DNA of 64,000 nt from an uncultured Clostridia bacterium (GCA_947629745.1 CANREZ010000003.1:30713-94712), one strand, 5' to 3'; shown: positions 1-9,589, counted from the first letter of the stretch. Program-made: numbers and translations. Notes: generated from the sequence alone by a model not told the origin.

Positions 1-72
1 ACCATCCTTAGTAGTTATATTTTAACACATGCATTGCACTTTTGCAATACTAAACTTTTCTAGTACTACCCG

Positions 73-750
73 CTATACATTTGGTATCTGCCAATCAATT
101 GGAGGATATCCATTTTTTATCAAAAACGCATTTGCTTGCGAGAAATGGTGATTGCCAAAGAATCCACCTTGGTTGGCACTCATTGGGGATGGATGTGCGG
201 ATTTTAACACCAAGTGACGCTTATTCGTAATATATGGCAGAAATGCCCTAGCGTTAGCACCCCAGAGGATGAAGACTACTGGCTCCTTCCTATCATTAAG
301 CAGGCGGATTATATGCCCCGTTAAGTTCTCCCAATACATCCCCTTGTGGCTATTTGGCTCGCCTGCACGCACGGTGAGTACGGCATTTAGTAGCAGCACT
401 CCTTGTTTTGCCCAAGGCGTGAGATTGCCATTATTTGGGATGTAGCAGCCAAGGTCATTGTGCAATTCTTTAAAGATATTTTGTAGGCTTGGTGGGATAT
501 TTACACCAGTTTGTACGGAAAAGGACAATCCATGCGCCTGCCCTTGCCCATGATAAGGATCTTGGCCAATAATTACAACGCGGACTTTGTCATATGGCAC
601 GAGATTTAGCGCAGCAAACACGTTCTTTGGCTCAGGATATATAGTGTATTTGTGATACTCCTCCTCCAGCCAACGCGAAAAATTGTTGTACTCAATGCTG
701 TCAAAGTCATCCTTTAACATATCATACCAAGATTTCCTAATCTCAAACAT
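73..750 (-). CDS. ung: Uracil-DNA glycosylase, family 1
   Basis: 225-aa ORF with family-1 UDG motifs GQDPYHGQGQAHGLSFSV and HPSPMSA; typical length. Confidence 0.9.
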   Translation of the reverse strand: MFEIRKSWYDMLKDDFDSIEYNNFSRWLEEEYHKYTIYPEPKNVFAALNLVPYDKVRVVIIGQDPYHGQGQAHGLSFSVQTGVNIPPSLQNIFKELHNDLGCYIPNNGNLTPWAKQGVLLLNAVLTVRAGEPNSHKGMYWENLTGHIIRLLNDRKEPVVFILWGANARAFLPYITNKRHLVLKSAHPSPMSANQGGFFGNHHFSQANAFLIKNGYPPIDWQIPNV

Positions 751-805
751 AATCTATTCCCCTACAGATAGATTATATCAAATAAGGAAAATTTTTGCTA
801 TAAAT

Positions 806-2125
806 CTAGCACGAATGAGACAATATTTGCCTCTCTATCACATCTAGTGTTTCATATAGAGCTTTTACATTATTGCACTCCACCATTATCCTCACACACT
901 GCTCCGTGCCACTAGGGCGCACCACGATGCGCAAGTCATCCCGCGTGCATTCTTGCTTCTTTATGTACTTCTGGAATGGTTTGGAGGTCACATATTCGCG
1001 AAGACTAGTGTCCACTACGATATTTTTAGTCACCTGCGGCACACGCTTTAGGTAGACTAGATATCTAGATATATCCACACTCTTTGCTATATTTAGGAAG
1101 AATAGCGCATTCATCAGAGCGTCGCACGTAGTATTGAGTTTTGGCATACATATATGTCCACTGCTCTCGGCTCCAATGGATAAATTTTTTAGCCTTAGCA
1201 TATTTATCACATTGCTATCACCCACAGGCGTCCTATACATCTTAATTCCGAATTGTTTTAGGCTATCCTCCACACCTTTGTTTGTCATGACTGTGCCAAC
1301 GACTGCTCGCGAATTTAGCCTATTTTGACTATCTAGGTGCAGTGCTAGGGCAAATAGTAGGTCATCCCCTGTAAGGATATGTCCTGTGCTATCCACGACA
1401 AGCAGTCTATCTGCATCTCCGTCAAATGCTATGCCAAAATCCGCATGGTGTATAGCCACCTCTCCTATTAACATCTCGGGGTGTTGCGCACCGCAATGAT
1501 CGTTTATTTTATCCCCATCACTAAGCTTAAAATTGATAGGGATGACATTTGCACCAAGTGTAATTAACACATTTCTTGCTATATCTCCCATACATCCATT
1601 GCCAGGATCAAGCACTATGCTTAGTCCCTTTAGGTCATGGCAGATATCTAAACACGCGGATATGTATTTATCCACTAACTCGTAATTATGCGTAATTTTG
1701 CCTTGAATACTCGCCTTTGGCAAATCAGGGCTATCTATGTAGCGCTCCAGTCTCTTTGCCACACTATCCTCTATCTTGTAGCCAAGCGAGTCTATCACCT
1801 TGATGCCATTCATCGTGCTATCGTTGTGAGAGGCGGTCACCATGACGGCGTATCCCACATCGGATATACTTGCAAGGTAGGATACCCCACCGGTAGATAG
1901 CGTGCCTAGCATATTGACATCCACTCCGCCATCCACTAGTCCGCAGGCTATGCTGTAAGATAACATATCCCCACTAGGTCTAGTGTCTTTGCCAATAAAA
2001 ACTAAGGGCGGCAAATTGCACTCCAAGATATCATATGCAATCGCTCGCCCTACTCTGTAGCATAATTCGGCAGTCATGTTATCTCCAACTACTCCCCTTA
2101 TGCCGTCTGTTCCAAAATATTTAAT
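806..2125 (-). CDS. glmM: Phosphoglucosamine mutase (phosphohexomutase family), apparent ATT start
   Basis: Motifs TASHND (phosphoserine loop), FDGDADR (Mg site), GAESSGH, RPSGTE. The ORF track starts at ATG 2077, but the conserved N-terminus IKYFGTDGIRGVVGDN is encoded in frame at 2078-2125. ATT at 2125-2123 lies 6 nt after GGAGG (2136-2132). Confidence 0.85.
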   Translation of the reverse strand: MKYFGTDGIRGVVGDNMTAELCYRVGRAIAYDILECNLPPLVFIGKDTRPSGDMLSYSIACGLVDGGVDVNMLGTLSTGGVSYLASISDVGYAVMVTASHNDSTMNGIKVIDSLGYKIEDSVAKRLERYIDSPDLPKASIQGKITHNYELVDKYISACLDICHDLKGLSIVLDPGNGCMGDIARNVLITLGANVIPINFKLSDGDKINDHCGAQHPEMLIGEVAIHHADFGIAFDGDADRLLVVDSTGHILTGDDLLFALALHLDSQNRLNSRAVVGTVMTNKGVEDSLKQFGIKMYRTPVGDSNVINMLRLKNLSIGAESSGHICMPKLNTTCDALMNALFFLNIAKSVDISRYLVYLKRVPQVTKNIVVDTSLREYVTSKPFQKYIKKQECTRDDLRIVVRPSGTEQCVRIMVECNNVKALYETLDVIERQILSHSC

Positions 2126-2142
2126 TTCGCACCTCCAAAAAA

Positions 2143-3033
2143 TTATTTTTTGGAAGCAAAAGTCCCCGCAATAGCCCCATCTGCGCAGGCTGTCACTATC
2201 TGCCTAACCGATTTCTTCCTAATATCGCCGCAGGCAAATATATTCTTGTCTGAAGTGCGCATATCACTATCAGTCTTGACATATCCTAAGCTATCGCACT
2301 CCACAAGGTCACGCACGATATCGCTATCTGGGATCCTGCCAATTGCGATAAAAACAGCACTAGTTTTAATGGTATCTTTGCCTACTACTACGGACTCTAC
2401 AGCACCATCGCCTAATATCTTTGTGACTATGCCAAAGACTACATTTATCTTGCCTGCGCGTTTTGCATCATCTAATTTGTCAAGATATGCTTTCGCACAA
2501 GACAATTCTTTTCGCACAATCAGTGTCACGGACTTGCAAATATTGGACAAATACAATGCGTCCTCTACTGCGCTATCTCCCCCTCCAACGACAACGACAT
2601 CACGGCCTTTGTACAATCCGCCGTCGCAGACAGCACAGTAACACACACCCCTGCCGAGTAACTCGACTTCGCCGGGGACTCCTAGCGTCCTTGCTCTTGC
2701 TCCCATACTTAATATGAGTTTACGCGCCTGATATGTGCATGATTTGGTGTGCACGATGTAGCCTTTTGATACTTTCTCTATCTTTATTACAGGGTTATAC
2801 TTTATCTCCACACCTAAGTTCGTCACCTGGGTCTCCATGCGCTCGACAAGGTCTGCACCTGTTATATTATCTATCCCAGGAAAATTCTCTACCTTAGCGG
2901 ACAGGCTTGCTTGTCCACCTAAGCTTGCTCCCTCGAATACTGTCACGTTTGCTCCCGCACGCTTGGCATACAGTGCGGCTGTAAGTCCCGCAGGCCCTGC
3001 ACCAATTATTATGATATCAAAAACATTCTCCAT
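2143..3033 (-). CDS. trxB: Thioredoxin-disulfide reductase
   Basis: IIIIGAGPAG FAD fold, CAVCDG redox dithiol, VVGGGDSA NADPH fold. Start moved to the internal ATG (MENVFDIIIIGAG), the usual spacing before the GxGxxG. The ATG at 3063 has no SD. Confidence 0.85.
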   Translation of the reverse strand: MENVFDIIIIGAGPAGLTAALYAKRAGANVTVFEGASLGGQASLSAKVENFPGIDNITGADLVERMETQVTNLGVEIKYNPVIKIEKVSKGYIVHTKSCTYQARKLILSMGARARTLGVPGEVELLGRGVCYCAVCDGGLYKGRDVVVVGGGDSAVEDALYLSNICKSVTLIVRKELSCAKAYLDKLDDAKRAGKINVVFGIVTKILGDGAVESVVVGKDTIKTSAVFIAIGRIPDSDIVRDLVECDSLGYVKTDSDMRTSDKNIFACGDIRKKSVRQIVTACADGAIAGTFASKK

Positions 3034-3186
3034 AACTTTCCCTTTTAAAATACCATTTGCCATATTATAAATGCAATAAATAATATCCCTTTATATTATA
3101 GCCAACTACTGCTACTATGTATAAGTAATATACAATTATATATAAAAATAGCCTTCTCTCAAAATATTTTAGCTACCATTCCCACA

Positions 3187-3214
3187 ATAAAAAATGGGAT
3201 ATCACTATCCCATT
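3187..3214 (-). terminator. Rho-independent terminator after the 327-aa gene
   Basis: Stem atgggata/tatcccat (3194-3201 / 3206-3213), 4-nt loop, U-tract on the minus-strand transcript. Confidence 0.7.
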
Positions 3215-3217
3215 TTG

Positions 3218-4201
3218 TTAGTTATTAAAATCTATATAGAGTGTGCCAAGTTCCTTTATCTTAGTTAAATTTAGTGTATACTTTGTCACACTGCTCTCAG
3301 TCTCAGTCTTCGTTATCACTTGACTCTGATAATCCGTAGCATCACTGCTATATAGCTTCTTTATAGAGGCAATTGAGCTTGAAATGGATACACTGATTAT
3401 TTGTGGGTCAGTATAGTCCTCAATAGTTGTACCCCCATCTGTCCAATGTAACACTTTATTGAAGTATGGACTCTTGCTTGCCATATCTTCAGCAGTTAAT
3501 GCTTGGTCAGTGTCAAATGAGAATATTTCAATACTCATACCGCTGATATTCTCAAAGTATATATATGGGAAATAGGTCTCCCACTTGGTGTATAGTCTAG
3601 ATGTTGCAGAAAGTGTGCCATTCATCCAGTCAAAAGGTTGTGTCATAGCAGCATCTGTATATAGTCCAATCAAGAATTTTTCCTTATAATTATCACTCTG
3701 GCAAATATTGGTCTCAAATACACCTATATCAAGTTTCCCATTAGCATTGACTGTAGGGATAGATGCTATGACATTCTGCCCATCATACACGCTAATAGTT
3801 ATCTTGGATGCAGGTGGATTAGACAAGCTAAGAGTAGCATCTTGGTCTACTGCCTTTACCGTCACTTTGTTGTCAGCGACACTCACCACACAACTAAATT
3901 GCTTGGTATGATCAGCATTTGCCGTGCAGACGAATACTGGTGTGCCTGTCATCACATAGTTGCTACTAATAGAATAGGATAGAGTTAGGTCCTCCCCTTT
4001 CTTTATCTGCTTACTGGTAGTATTGGCTTGGTCTATGACGTACCTAGTAGGAGTCTCATTGTCTTGCACAATGGTGACTGTGACCATGGTCTTGTCATTC
4101 TCCTTTGTCTTCACAATAGCAAACCACACACCCATGCCGCTCATAAGGACAGCAAGTGCGATGACTAGAATGATTGTAATGATATTTAATTTCTTTGCCA
4201 C
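3218..4201 (-). CDS. N-terminally membrane-anchored surface protein with a Listeria-Bacteroides (Flg_new-type) repeat
   Basis: GTG start after GAGGGA. TM helix IITIILVIALAVLMSGMGVWFAIV. Segment FLIGLYTDAAMTQPFDWMNGTLSATSRLYTKWE matches the GWYtDaa...LYAkW repeat pattern. The rest has no recognisable domain. Confidence 0.6.
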   Translation of the reverse strand: MAKKLNIITIILVIALAVLMSGMGVWFAIVKTKENDKTMVTVTIVQDNETPTRYVIDQANTTSKQIKKGEDLTLSYSISSNYVMTGTPVFVCTANADHTKQFSCVVSVADNKVTVKAVDQDATLSLSNPPASKITISVYDGQNVIASIPTVNANGKLDIGVFETNICQSDNYKEKFLIGLYTDAAMTQPFDWMNGTLSATSRLYTKWETYFPYIYFENISGMSIEIFSFDTDQALTAEDMASKSPYFNKVLHWTDGGTTIEDYTDPQIISVSISSSIASIKKLYSSDATDYQSQVITKTETESSVTKYTLNLTKIKELGTLYIDFNN

Positions 4202-4233
4202 AAACTTTCCCTCTTTATTTACCGATATATATT

Positions 4234-4263
4234 ATTATACAACAAATAAGATATCATAGTCAA
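4234..4263 (-). promoter_or_regulatory. Sigma-A type promoter for the 327-aa gene
   Basis: Minus strand reads TTGACT (4263-4258), 18-nt spacer, TATAAT (4239-4234). Confidence 0.5.
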
Positions 4264-4297
4264 AAGAAAAAGGTGATATCCAAAATGTTATCACCTT
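4262..4297 (-). terminator. Rho-independent terminator after rpsI
   Basis: Stem aggtgata/tatcacct (4271-4278 / 4289-4296) followed by a U-run on the minus-strand RNA. Confidence 0.7.
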
Positions 4298-4307
4298 CAT
4301 AATATTT

Positions 4308-4724
4308 TTAACGTTTGCTAAACTGTGGAGCACGACGTGCTTTCTTTAGACCATACTTCTTTCTTTCCTTCACTCTAGCGTCACGGGTGAGATACCCTGC
4401 ACGCTTTAGCTCTGGACGTAATTGCTCATCAGCCTTGCACAGTGCGCGAGCGACACCATGACGGATAGCGCCTGCTTGACCGGTGAAACCACCACCAAAC
4501 ACGCTCACTATGACATCATATTTGCTCTCAGTATTCGTGAGAACTAATGGTTGCTTTGCCACATCCTTTAGTGTGCCTTTGCCGAAATATTCGTTGATAT
4601 CCTTGTCATTGATGACAAAATTGCCTTTGCCTGGTAGCAAGCGAACTCTAGCTACGCTCTTCTTCCTCCTGCCAGTGCCACCGAATGATACGGTCTTTTC
4701 TGCATTCTTAGTAGACTTTGCCAT
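4308..4724 (-). CDS. rpsI: 30S ribosomal protein S9
   Basis: [14 protein letters not shown]..., C-terminal [19 protein letters not shown]. Paired with rplM as usual. Confidence 0.95.
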   Translation of the reverse strand: MAKSTKNAEKTVSFGGTGRRKKSVARVRLLPGKGNFVINDKDINEYFGKGTLKDVAKQPLVLTNTESKYDVIVSVFGGGFTGQAGAIRHGVARALCKADEQLRPELKRAGYLTRDARVKERKKYGLKKARRAPQFSKR

Positions 4725-5167
4725 TATTTAACCTCCCCGTCAATCTCAATCTTCCTAGGATTCTGTGCTGCATGAGGATGAGTATCACCCTTGTATGCAT
4801 GTAGTTTGCCTAGCATCTTCCTGCCAAGAGAGTTCTTTGGCAACATACCTTTTACAGCAACTTCGAGTGCAAAGTCACTCCTCTTTGCCATAAGGTCCTT
4901 GTACTGGACGGCTTTTAACCCACCAGGATATCCGGAATGATGATAATAATATTTGTCATTTGCTTTGTTACCCGTTAGCACCATCTTGTCGGTATTGATG
5001 ACTATCACATAGTCACCGGTGTCGACGTGAGGTGTATAACTAGGCTTGTGCTTACCTGCAAGTAGTGTTGCTACTTGACTTGCAACTCTCCCCAGTGGAA
5101 TGTTAGCAGCGTCGACTAAGAGCCACTCTCTTTCCACAGTTTGAGCATTTGCCATAACTGTTTTCAT
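4724..5167 (-). CDS. rplM: 50S ribosomal protein L13
   Basis: [44 protein letters not shown] is classic L13. Its stop overlaps the rpsI start. Confidence 0.95.
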   Translation of the reverse strand: MKTVMANAQTVEREWLLVDAANIPLGRVASQVATLLAGKHKPSYTPHVDTGDYVIVINTDKMVLTGNKANDKYYYHHSGYPGGLKAVQYKDLMAKRSDFALEVAVKGMLPKNSLGRKMLGKLHAYKGDTHPHAAQNPRKIEIDGEVK

Positions 5168-5240
5168 ATTTTACTCCTAAAAATCTAAATTTTTATATCA
5201 GCAATATATGCAGGGGCTAGTTGCATATTTACGCAATATA

Positions 5241-5269
5241 ATTCTATTATAATGTGGCGATAATGTCAA
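5241..5269 (-). promoter_or_regulatory. Promoter of the rplM-rpsI operon
   Basis: Minus strand reads TTGACA (5269-5264), 17 nt, TAGAAT (5246-5241). The ~65-nt leader contains the hairpin AUAUGCA-N9-UGCAUAU. Confidence 0.55.
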
Positions 5270-5307
5270 TATAATTTTGATTATTTTCCACAATTTTCTA
5301 CTATTTC

Positions 5308-7143
5308 TTATAAGTCAATATTGTTCTTCTTCCTATAATCTGCACGGCCGCGTTGTGTGTGATCGAGGATTATCTTCCTGATCCTAAGACTAGTAGGTGT
5401 TACTTCTAGTAATTCATCGTCATTTAGGAATTCGAGGCACTCCTCTAGTGTCAATTTTTTCACAGGCTCTAGCCTTAGTGCTTCATCGGATGCTGAGCTT
5501 CGCATATTGGTTAACTGCTTCTTCTTGCACACGTTCACCACTATGTCATCGCCCTTTGGGTTCATGCCGACTACCATGCCACCATACACTTTCTCACCTG
5601 GGGTGATAAGCAGTTTGCCACGCTCCTGAGTATTGTACAGGCCATAGACCACGGCCTCACCTGTCTCATATGCGACAAGCGCGCCAAAATTCCTTCGCTC
5701 GATATAACCTTTGTATGGCTCATAATCGTAGAAGATGCTATTCATCACACCCTCTCCACTAGTGGATGTGAGGAATTCATTCTTGTATCCAAAGAGACCT
5801 CGTGCAGGGATATGGAATTCCAGTTTCATGCGATTGCCCTGCTCGTTCATGGTGATTAGTTCACCACGCCTTGCACCCATTGCGGTGATGATCGCACCCA
5901 CGCAATCACTTGGCACATCGATGAATAGGTCATCAATTGGCTCACACTTCTGCCCATCAATCTCCTTGTAGAGCACTCTTGGCATACTCACTTGGAATTC
6001 AAATCCATCCCTTCGCATATTCTCTATAAGGATAGATATATGCATCTCTCCTCTGCCAAGCACGCGGAATGTGTCGGCGCTATCTGTGTCAAACACTCTA
6101 AGGGATAGGTCCTTTACAGCCTCCTTCATCAGTCTATCGCGCAGATGACGGCTAGTGCAATACTTGCCCTCCTTGCCTGCAAATGGGCTATTGTTGACCA
6201 TGAAATTCATCTCAACACTCGGCTCAGAGATCTTCACAAATGGCAGTGGTGTGACATCGGCTCTATCGCATAATGTGTCGCCAATAGTCACATCTTCTCC
6301 GCCGGAGATACAGACTATATTGCCGCTATCGGCACTAGTCACAGCCACACGCTTTAGTCCCTCAAATTGGAATATATTTGTTACCTTGAAGTTACTCTTC
6401 TTCGTCTCACTATCGTGATAATTGCACACACAAAGGGTATCTCCCACGTGTACACATCCTCTTTCAATCTTGCCAATAGAGAGTTTGCCCACATAATCAT
6501 TTTGCTCCGTACTAGATACTAGCATCTGGAATGGTGCATCATCGTCCCCATCAGGTGCATCTATATACTCCACTATCTTCTCAAATAATGGCTTCATATC
6601 AGTTCCTAGTGTATTTGGATCATTACTTGCCACCCCTAGCCTAGCTGATGCAAACACGAATGGTGAATTTAACTGCTCAGCTGAGGCGTCTAGCTCTAGC
6701 AACAATTCTAGTACCTCATCCACCACTTCAGCAGGCCTTGCGTCTTTCTTGTCCACTTTGTTTACAACGACTATTACTTTGTGATTTAGCTCTAGAGCTT
6801 TTTGTAACACAAATCTCGTCTGTGGCATTGGTCCTTCCTGAGCGTCAACCACGAGCAACACGCCATCGACCATCTTGAGTATTCTCTCCACTTCTCCGCC
6901 AAAATCTGCGTGTCCCGGTGTGTCGATGATATTAATCTTCGTGCCATTGTACATACAGGATGTGTTCTTGGATAAAATGGTAATACCACGCTCACGCTCT
7001 AGCGCATTGCTATCCATCACGCGGTCAGCCACCTCTTGATTTTCTCTAAACACTCCACCCTGCTTTAGAAGCTCATTGACAAGCGAAGTCTTGCCATGGT
7101 CGACATGGGCTATTATTGCTATATTTCGAATATTTTTCTTCAT
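5308..7143 (-). CDS. typA: Translational GTPase TypA/BipA
   Basis: AHVDHGKTS (G1), [14 protein letters not shown] (G3), NKVDK (G4), EF-G-like domains. Start set to ATG 7143 ([11 protein letters not shown]) preceded by GGAG. The 29-codon TTG extension in the ORF track is rejected. Confidence 0.9.
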   Translation of the reverse strand: MKKNIRNIAIIAHVDHGKTSLVNELLKQGGVFRENQEVADRVMDSNALERERGITILSKNTSCMYNGTKINIIDTPGHADFGGEVERILKMVDGVLLVVDAQEGPMPQTRFVLQKALELNHKVIVVVNKVDKKDARPAEVVDEVLELLLELDASAEQLNSPFVFASARLGVASNDPNTLGTDMKPLFEKIVEYIDAPDGDDDAPFQMLVSSTEQNDYVGKLSIGKIERGCVHVGDTLCVCNYHDSETKKSNFKVTNIFQFEGLKRVAVTSADSGNIVCISGGEDVTIGDTLCDRADVTPLPFVKISEPSVEMNFMVNNSPFAGKEGKYCTSRHLRDRLMKEAVKDLSLRVFDTDSADTFRVLGRGEMHISILIENMRRDGFEFQVSMPRVLYKEIDGQKCEPIDDLFIDVPSDCVGAIITAMGARRGELITMNEQGNRMKLEFHIPARGLFGYKNEFLTSTSGEGVMNSIFYDYEPYKGYIERRNFGALVAYETGEAVVYGLYNTQERGKLLITPGEKVYGGMVVGMNPKGDDIVVNVCKKKQLTNMRSSASDEALRLEPVKKLTLEECLEFLNDDELLEVTPTSLRIRKIILDHTQRGRADYRKKNNIDL

Positions 7144-7293
7144 AAGCACTCCAAAAATTTGGTCTGCAGCAACGCTATATCGCTCTATCTTCGTCACCGC
7201 AGCAAAAACTAGGACTAGTATATCACACAACGCGAAAAAAATAAATACTTTTTTAGTATATAGGAATACTTTTTTATTAAGTAAAAATTATTT

Positions 7294-7309
7294 AGTATAC
7301 TAGTATACT
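7294..7309. promoter_or_regulatory. Perfect 16-bp palindrome AGTATACTAGTATACT in the typA upstream region
   Basis: Read directly. It belongs to a set of AGTAT/ATACT inverted repeats spanning 7245-7309 and may simply be overlapping -10-like TATACT boxes. Confidence 0.25.
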
Positions 7310-7355
7310 TTTTATCGAGTAACTGTAATTCTAATATCTTCGGTTGTAGCAATGA

Positions 7356-7386
7356 AATAAAAAAGGCTCACAAATATTGTGAGCCT
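7356..7386 (-). terminator. Rho-independent terminator after the 331-aa repeat-protein gene
   Basis: Stem ggctcaca/tgtgagcc (7365-7372 / 7378-7385), loop aatat, U6 on the minus RNA. Confidence 0.75.
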
Positions 7387-7477
7387 ATCTTACTATTTAT
7401 TGACCTTACTAAAGTCTTTTTTCACTCTCAGATGCAATTTAGTAAATTCACGGTCAACGTATGCTAAATATTCTTTT

Positions 7478-8473
7478 TTATTCATCTCCACGCTCCGATT
7501 TCTTGCTTGAGAACATATCATCAATTTTTGAGATCAATTCATCTTTCTTAGCAGATTTCTTTGCTAGTTCCTCTCTTCTTTTTTCATAAGTAGAACTAAT
7601 ATCGTTAATCAATTGCTCCATCTCGGCTACTTGCTCATCGTATACTGGATCTGTTGGCCTTAGATTTTTTACCTTGTTTTTAATTCCCTCTTGTGCACAA
7701 TCCATGTATGTTACAATATTAGGTGAATCAAATGTATCTCTATGTAACTTCATGAAATTTTCTGGATGTTGTTCAATCAAATCTGCTACAATATCGTCAA
7801 CTTTGACATCAAAAAGTTTACTATTTCCTTCAAATACTAATTCATCCATTACATTACAAATTGTACGCCTGCCATCAAGTGTTGTAATACACAAATAACC
7901 GTTTTCAAAATCCGAAGATCTTTCAAATCTTAATTTATCCGAAATCTTCCTGGTATTTAGATCAAAAACCGTCAATTGGCCATTCTCTAATTCCACCACA
8001 GTATAGTTTTTATATATTTCATCTGCACGCAAACATGCATTGAATTTCTCATTAATTAATTTCTCTGTCTTTGAGTCAAAATAAGTTTTATAAATTTTTT
8101 TGCCGTCTTTCAGAGTTACATCAGCATAACCATTTTTAAGGCTAACACTAGCACAATCTGCTAATTCAAGATCTAGTAATTTACCTGTTTTTGCATTAAA
8201 ATAAGTAAAAGTACCATCATTATCATTGCGCTGTACTTTTCCGTAACCCCGACAAATTCTACCGCACGACCTAAATCTCAAATCAATGATGTCTTGAGTA
8301 TCAACATTAAAATAAGTTTCAATGAAATCATCTAATACAACTCTCAGATATTTTTTTTGTGTACCATCATAGTCTTCACACACCTTAAAATTAAATTGCT
8401 CTAGCACACCTGTTGCATCACTTTCATAAGTATATTTGCCATTTTCTTTCTTATATCTATGAAATATTACCAT
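7478..8473 (-). CDS. Hypothetical cytoplasmic repeat protein (KWG/WG-like repeats lacking the WG) with a C-terminal coiled coil
   Basis: Start ATG 8473, 7 nt after GGGAGG. Four to five copies of a ~35-aa pattern (YFNVDTQDIIDLRF / YFNAKTGKLLDLELAD / YFDSKTEKLINEKF / VFDLNTRKISDKLRF, each followed by NGY..V). Charged helical tail. No signal peptide. Confidence 0.6.
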   Translation of the reverse strand: MVIFHRYKKENGKYTYESDATGVLEQFNFKVCEDYDGTQKKYLRVVLDDFIETYFNVDTQDIIDLRFRSCGRICRGYGKVQRNDNDGTFTYFNAKTGKLLDLELADCASVSLKNGYADVTLKDGKKIYKTYFDSKTEKLINEKFNACLRADEIYKNYTVVELENGQLTVFDLNTRKISDKLRFERSSDFENGYLCITTLDGRRTICNVMDELVFEGNSKLFDVKVDDIVADLIEQHPENFMKLHRDTFDSPNIVTYMDCAQEGIKNKVKNLRPTDPVYDEQVAEMEQLINDISSTYEKRREELAKKSAKKDELISKIDDMFSSKKSERGDE

Positions 8474-8499
8474 ATAATATCCTCCCAACCTATACTTCA

Positions 8500-8526
8500 A
8501 TTATACTCGGGGGGGGAGAAAGTCAA
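8500..8526 (-). promoter_or_regulatory. Near-consensus promoter with a G8/C8 homopolymer inside the spacer
   Basis: Minus strand reads TTGACT (8526-8521), then ttct + C8 (8516-8509) + gag, a 15-nt spacer, then TATAAT (8505-8500). It lies ~27 nt upstream of ATG 8473. Confidence 0.55.
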
Positions 8527-8598
8527 TATTTTTTTTGAAAATTTAATAAAAATTAGATTTTTAGTAATATTTTAGGATAATTTTTGTTAATAGTGCAC

Positions 8599-8627
8599 AA
8601 AAAAAAGTGCCGCAAGGCACTTTTTTT
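8599..8627 (-). terminator. Terminator after the patatin gene (A/T tracts on both sides)
   Basis: a8-gtgcc-gcaa-ggcac-t7 (stem 8607-8611 / 8616-8620). Confidence 0.65.
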
Positions 8628-8655
8628 CTATAGATAAATTAATTGATGTGATCAC

Positions 8656-9480
8656 CTACTTAGTTTTGTGGAAAAAGCTAACTTTCGGTTGCTTGCGCGG
8701 GCCACGATCGATTAGCATCTTGATATCTGGCATAGCTGCCATTGTAGCGCGATATCCCTCCTCAATCATAAGGTGGATATTTTCTAGTTTCGTACTGCTA
8801 AAGCGCTTTAGGTCAGGTTTTACCACTATATCTGCGTTTTTGTAACCATCTTTGCTATTATTCTTCATCAGAATGCGCATAGCTACTTTCACACACTCTA
8901 GAGTCTTTAGGCTATCTGTGCCGGAGCCACGAGTGGAATTGATATCTATCACTATCACTACATCGCAGGGATAATTCCTACACTTATTCGCAGGGATATT
9001 ATTGATCAGTCCTCCATCCATCAAGTGATAATCCTCATACACAACGGGGTTAAAAAATCCTGGCATGGAACACGACCCTGCCACAATCTTGCTGATATCC
9101 CCTGACCTAAAGGACACTTCCTGTGCAGTCTTTATGTCACAAGTCACGATCTCACATGGGATGGACAAGTCCTCCAAATTCTCCACATCAACCAAGTCGC
9201 GGATGATCTTCTGCAATTTTGCTGTGTCGTCGGGCATGACGAGCATTTTCCTAGTCATTATATCCCGAGTAGTCAAGCGCTTGGCATATTCCTCTACCCT
9301 ATCTAGATCGCATTTGCTAGCATATATCACGGCGGCAAGTGCCCCTACTGATGTGCCTGAGACAAAATCTATCTTGATGCCCGCATCAGCTAGTGCTCTA
9401 AATACTCCTATATATGCTAGGCCTCTAGCACCACCACCGGATAGTGCTAATCCCACTCTACATTTCTTCCTTCTCCACAT
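8656..9480 (-). CDS. Patatin-like phospholipase
   Basis: Oxyanion LSGGGARG, nucleophile elbow GTSVGA, catalytic MDGG. Start set to ATG 9480 (MWRRKK...) after AGGTG. Confidence 0.85.
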   Translation of the reverse strand: MWRRKKCRVGLALSGGGARGLAYIGVFRALADAGIKIDFVSGTSVGALAAVIYASKCDLDRVEEYAKRLTTRDIMTRKMLVMPDDTAKLQKIIRDLVDVENLEDLSIPCEIVTCDIKTAQEVSFRSGDISKIVAGSCSMPGFFNPVVYEDYHLMDGGLINNIPANKCRNYPCDVVIVIDINSTRGSGTDSLKTLECVKVAMRILMKNNSKDGYKNADIVVKPDLKRFSSTKLENIHLMIEEGYRATMAAMPDIKMLIDRGPRKQPKVSFFHKTK

Positions 9481-9552
9481 AATACACCTAAGTACAGTAT
9501 AACACACAAGGTGACTTTTAGCCTACAAAAACACAGGGGTCTATACACAAAG

Positions 9553-9580
9553 AAAAAAGAGCAAAGTAATTATTTGCCCT
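9553..9580 (-). terminator. Terminator after the 401-aa gene
   Basis: Minus RNA GGGCAAA-uaauuac-UUUGCUC (one G-U pair) followed by U6. Confidence 0.55.
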
Positions 9581-9589
9581 TTTTCTACT

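Noticed and set aside
7144-7230. N-terminal extensions proposed by the ORF track: typA from TTG 7230, L5 from 43362, L30 from 40725, L17 from GTG 33868, patatin from 9507, the repeat protein from 8500, the giant protein from 28691, the SPFH protein from 51040, and DUF1858 from 49959
   Set aside because: In each case an internal ATG sits 4-8 nt after a clear GGAGG-type SD and restores the family-typical N-terminus. The longer versions overlap upstream genes or lack an SD.
8656-9480. Patatin gene as the effector of a CBASS-like or other defence system
   Set aside because: There is no cyclase, sensor, NTPase or other partner gene. The gene is isolated by terminators on both sides.
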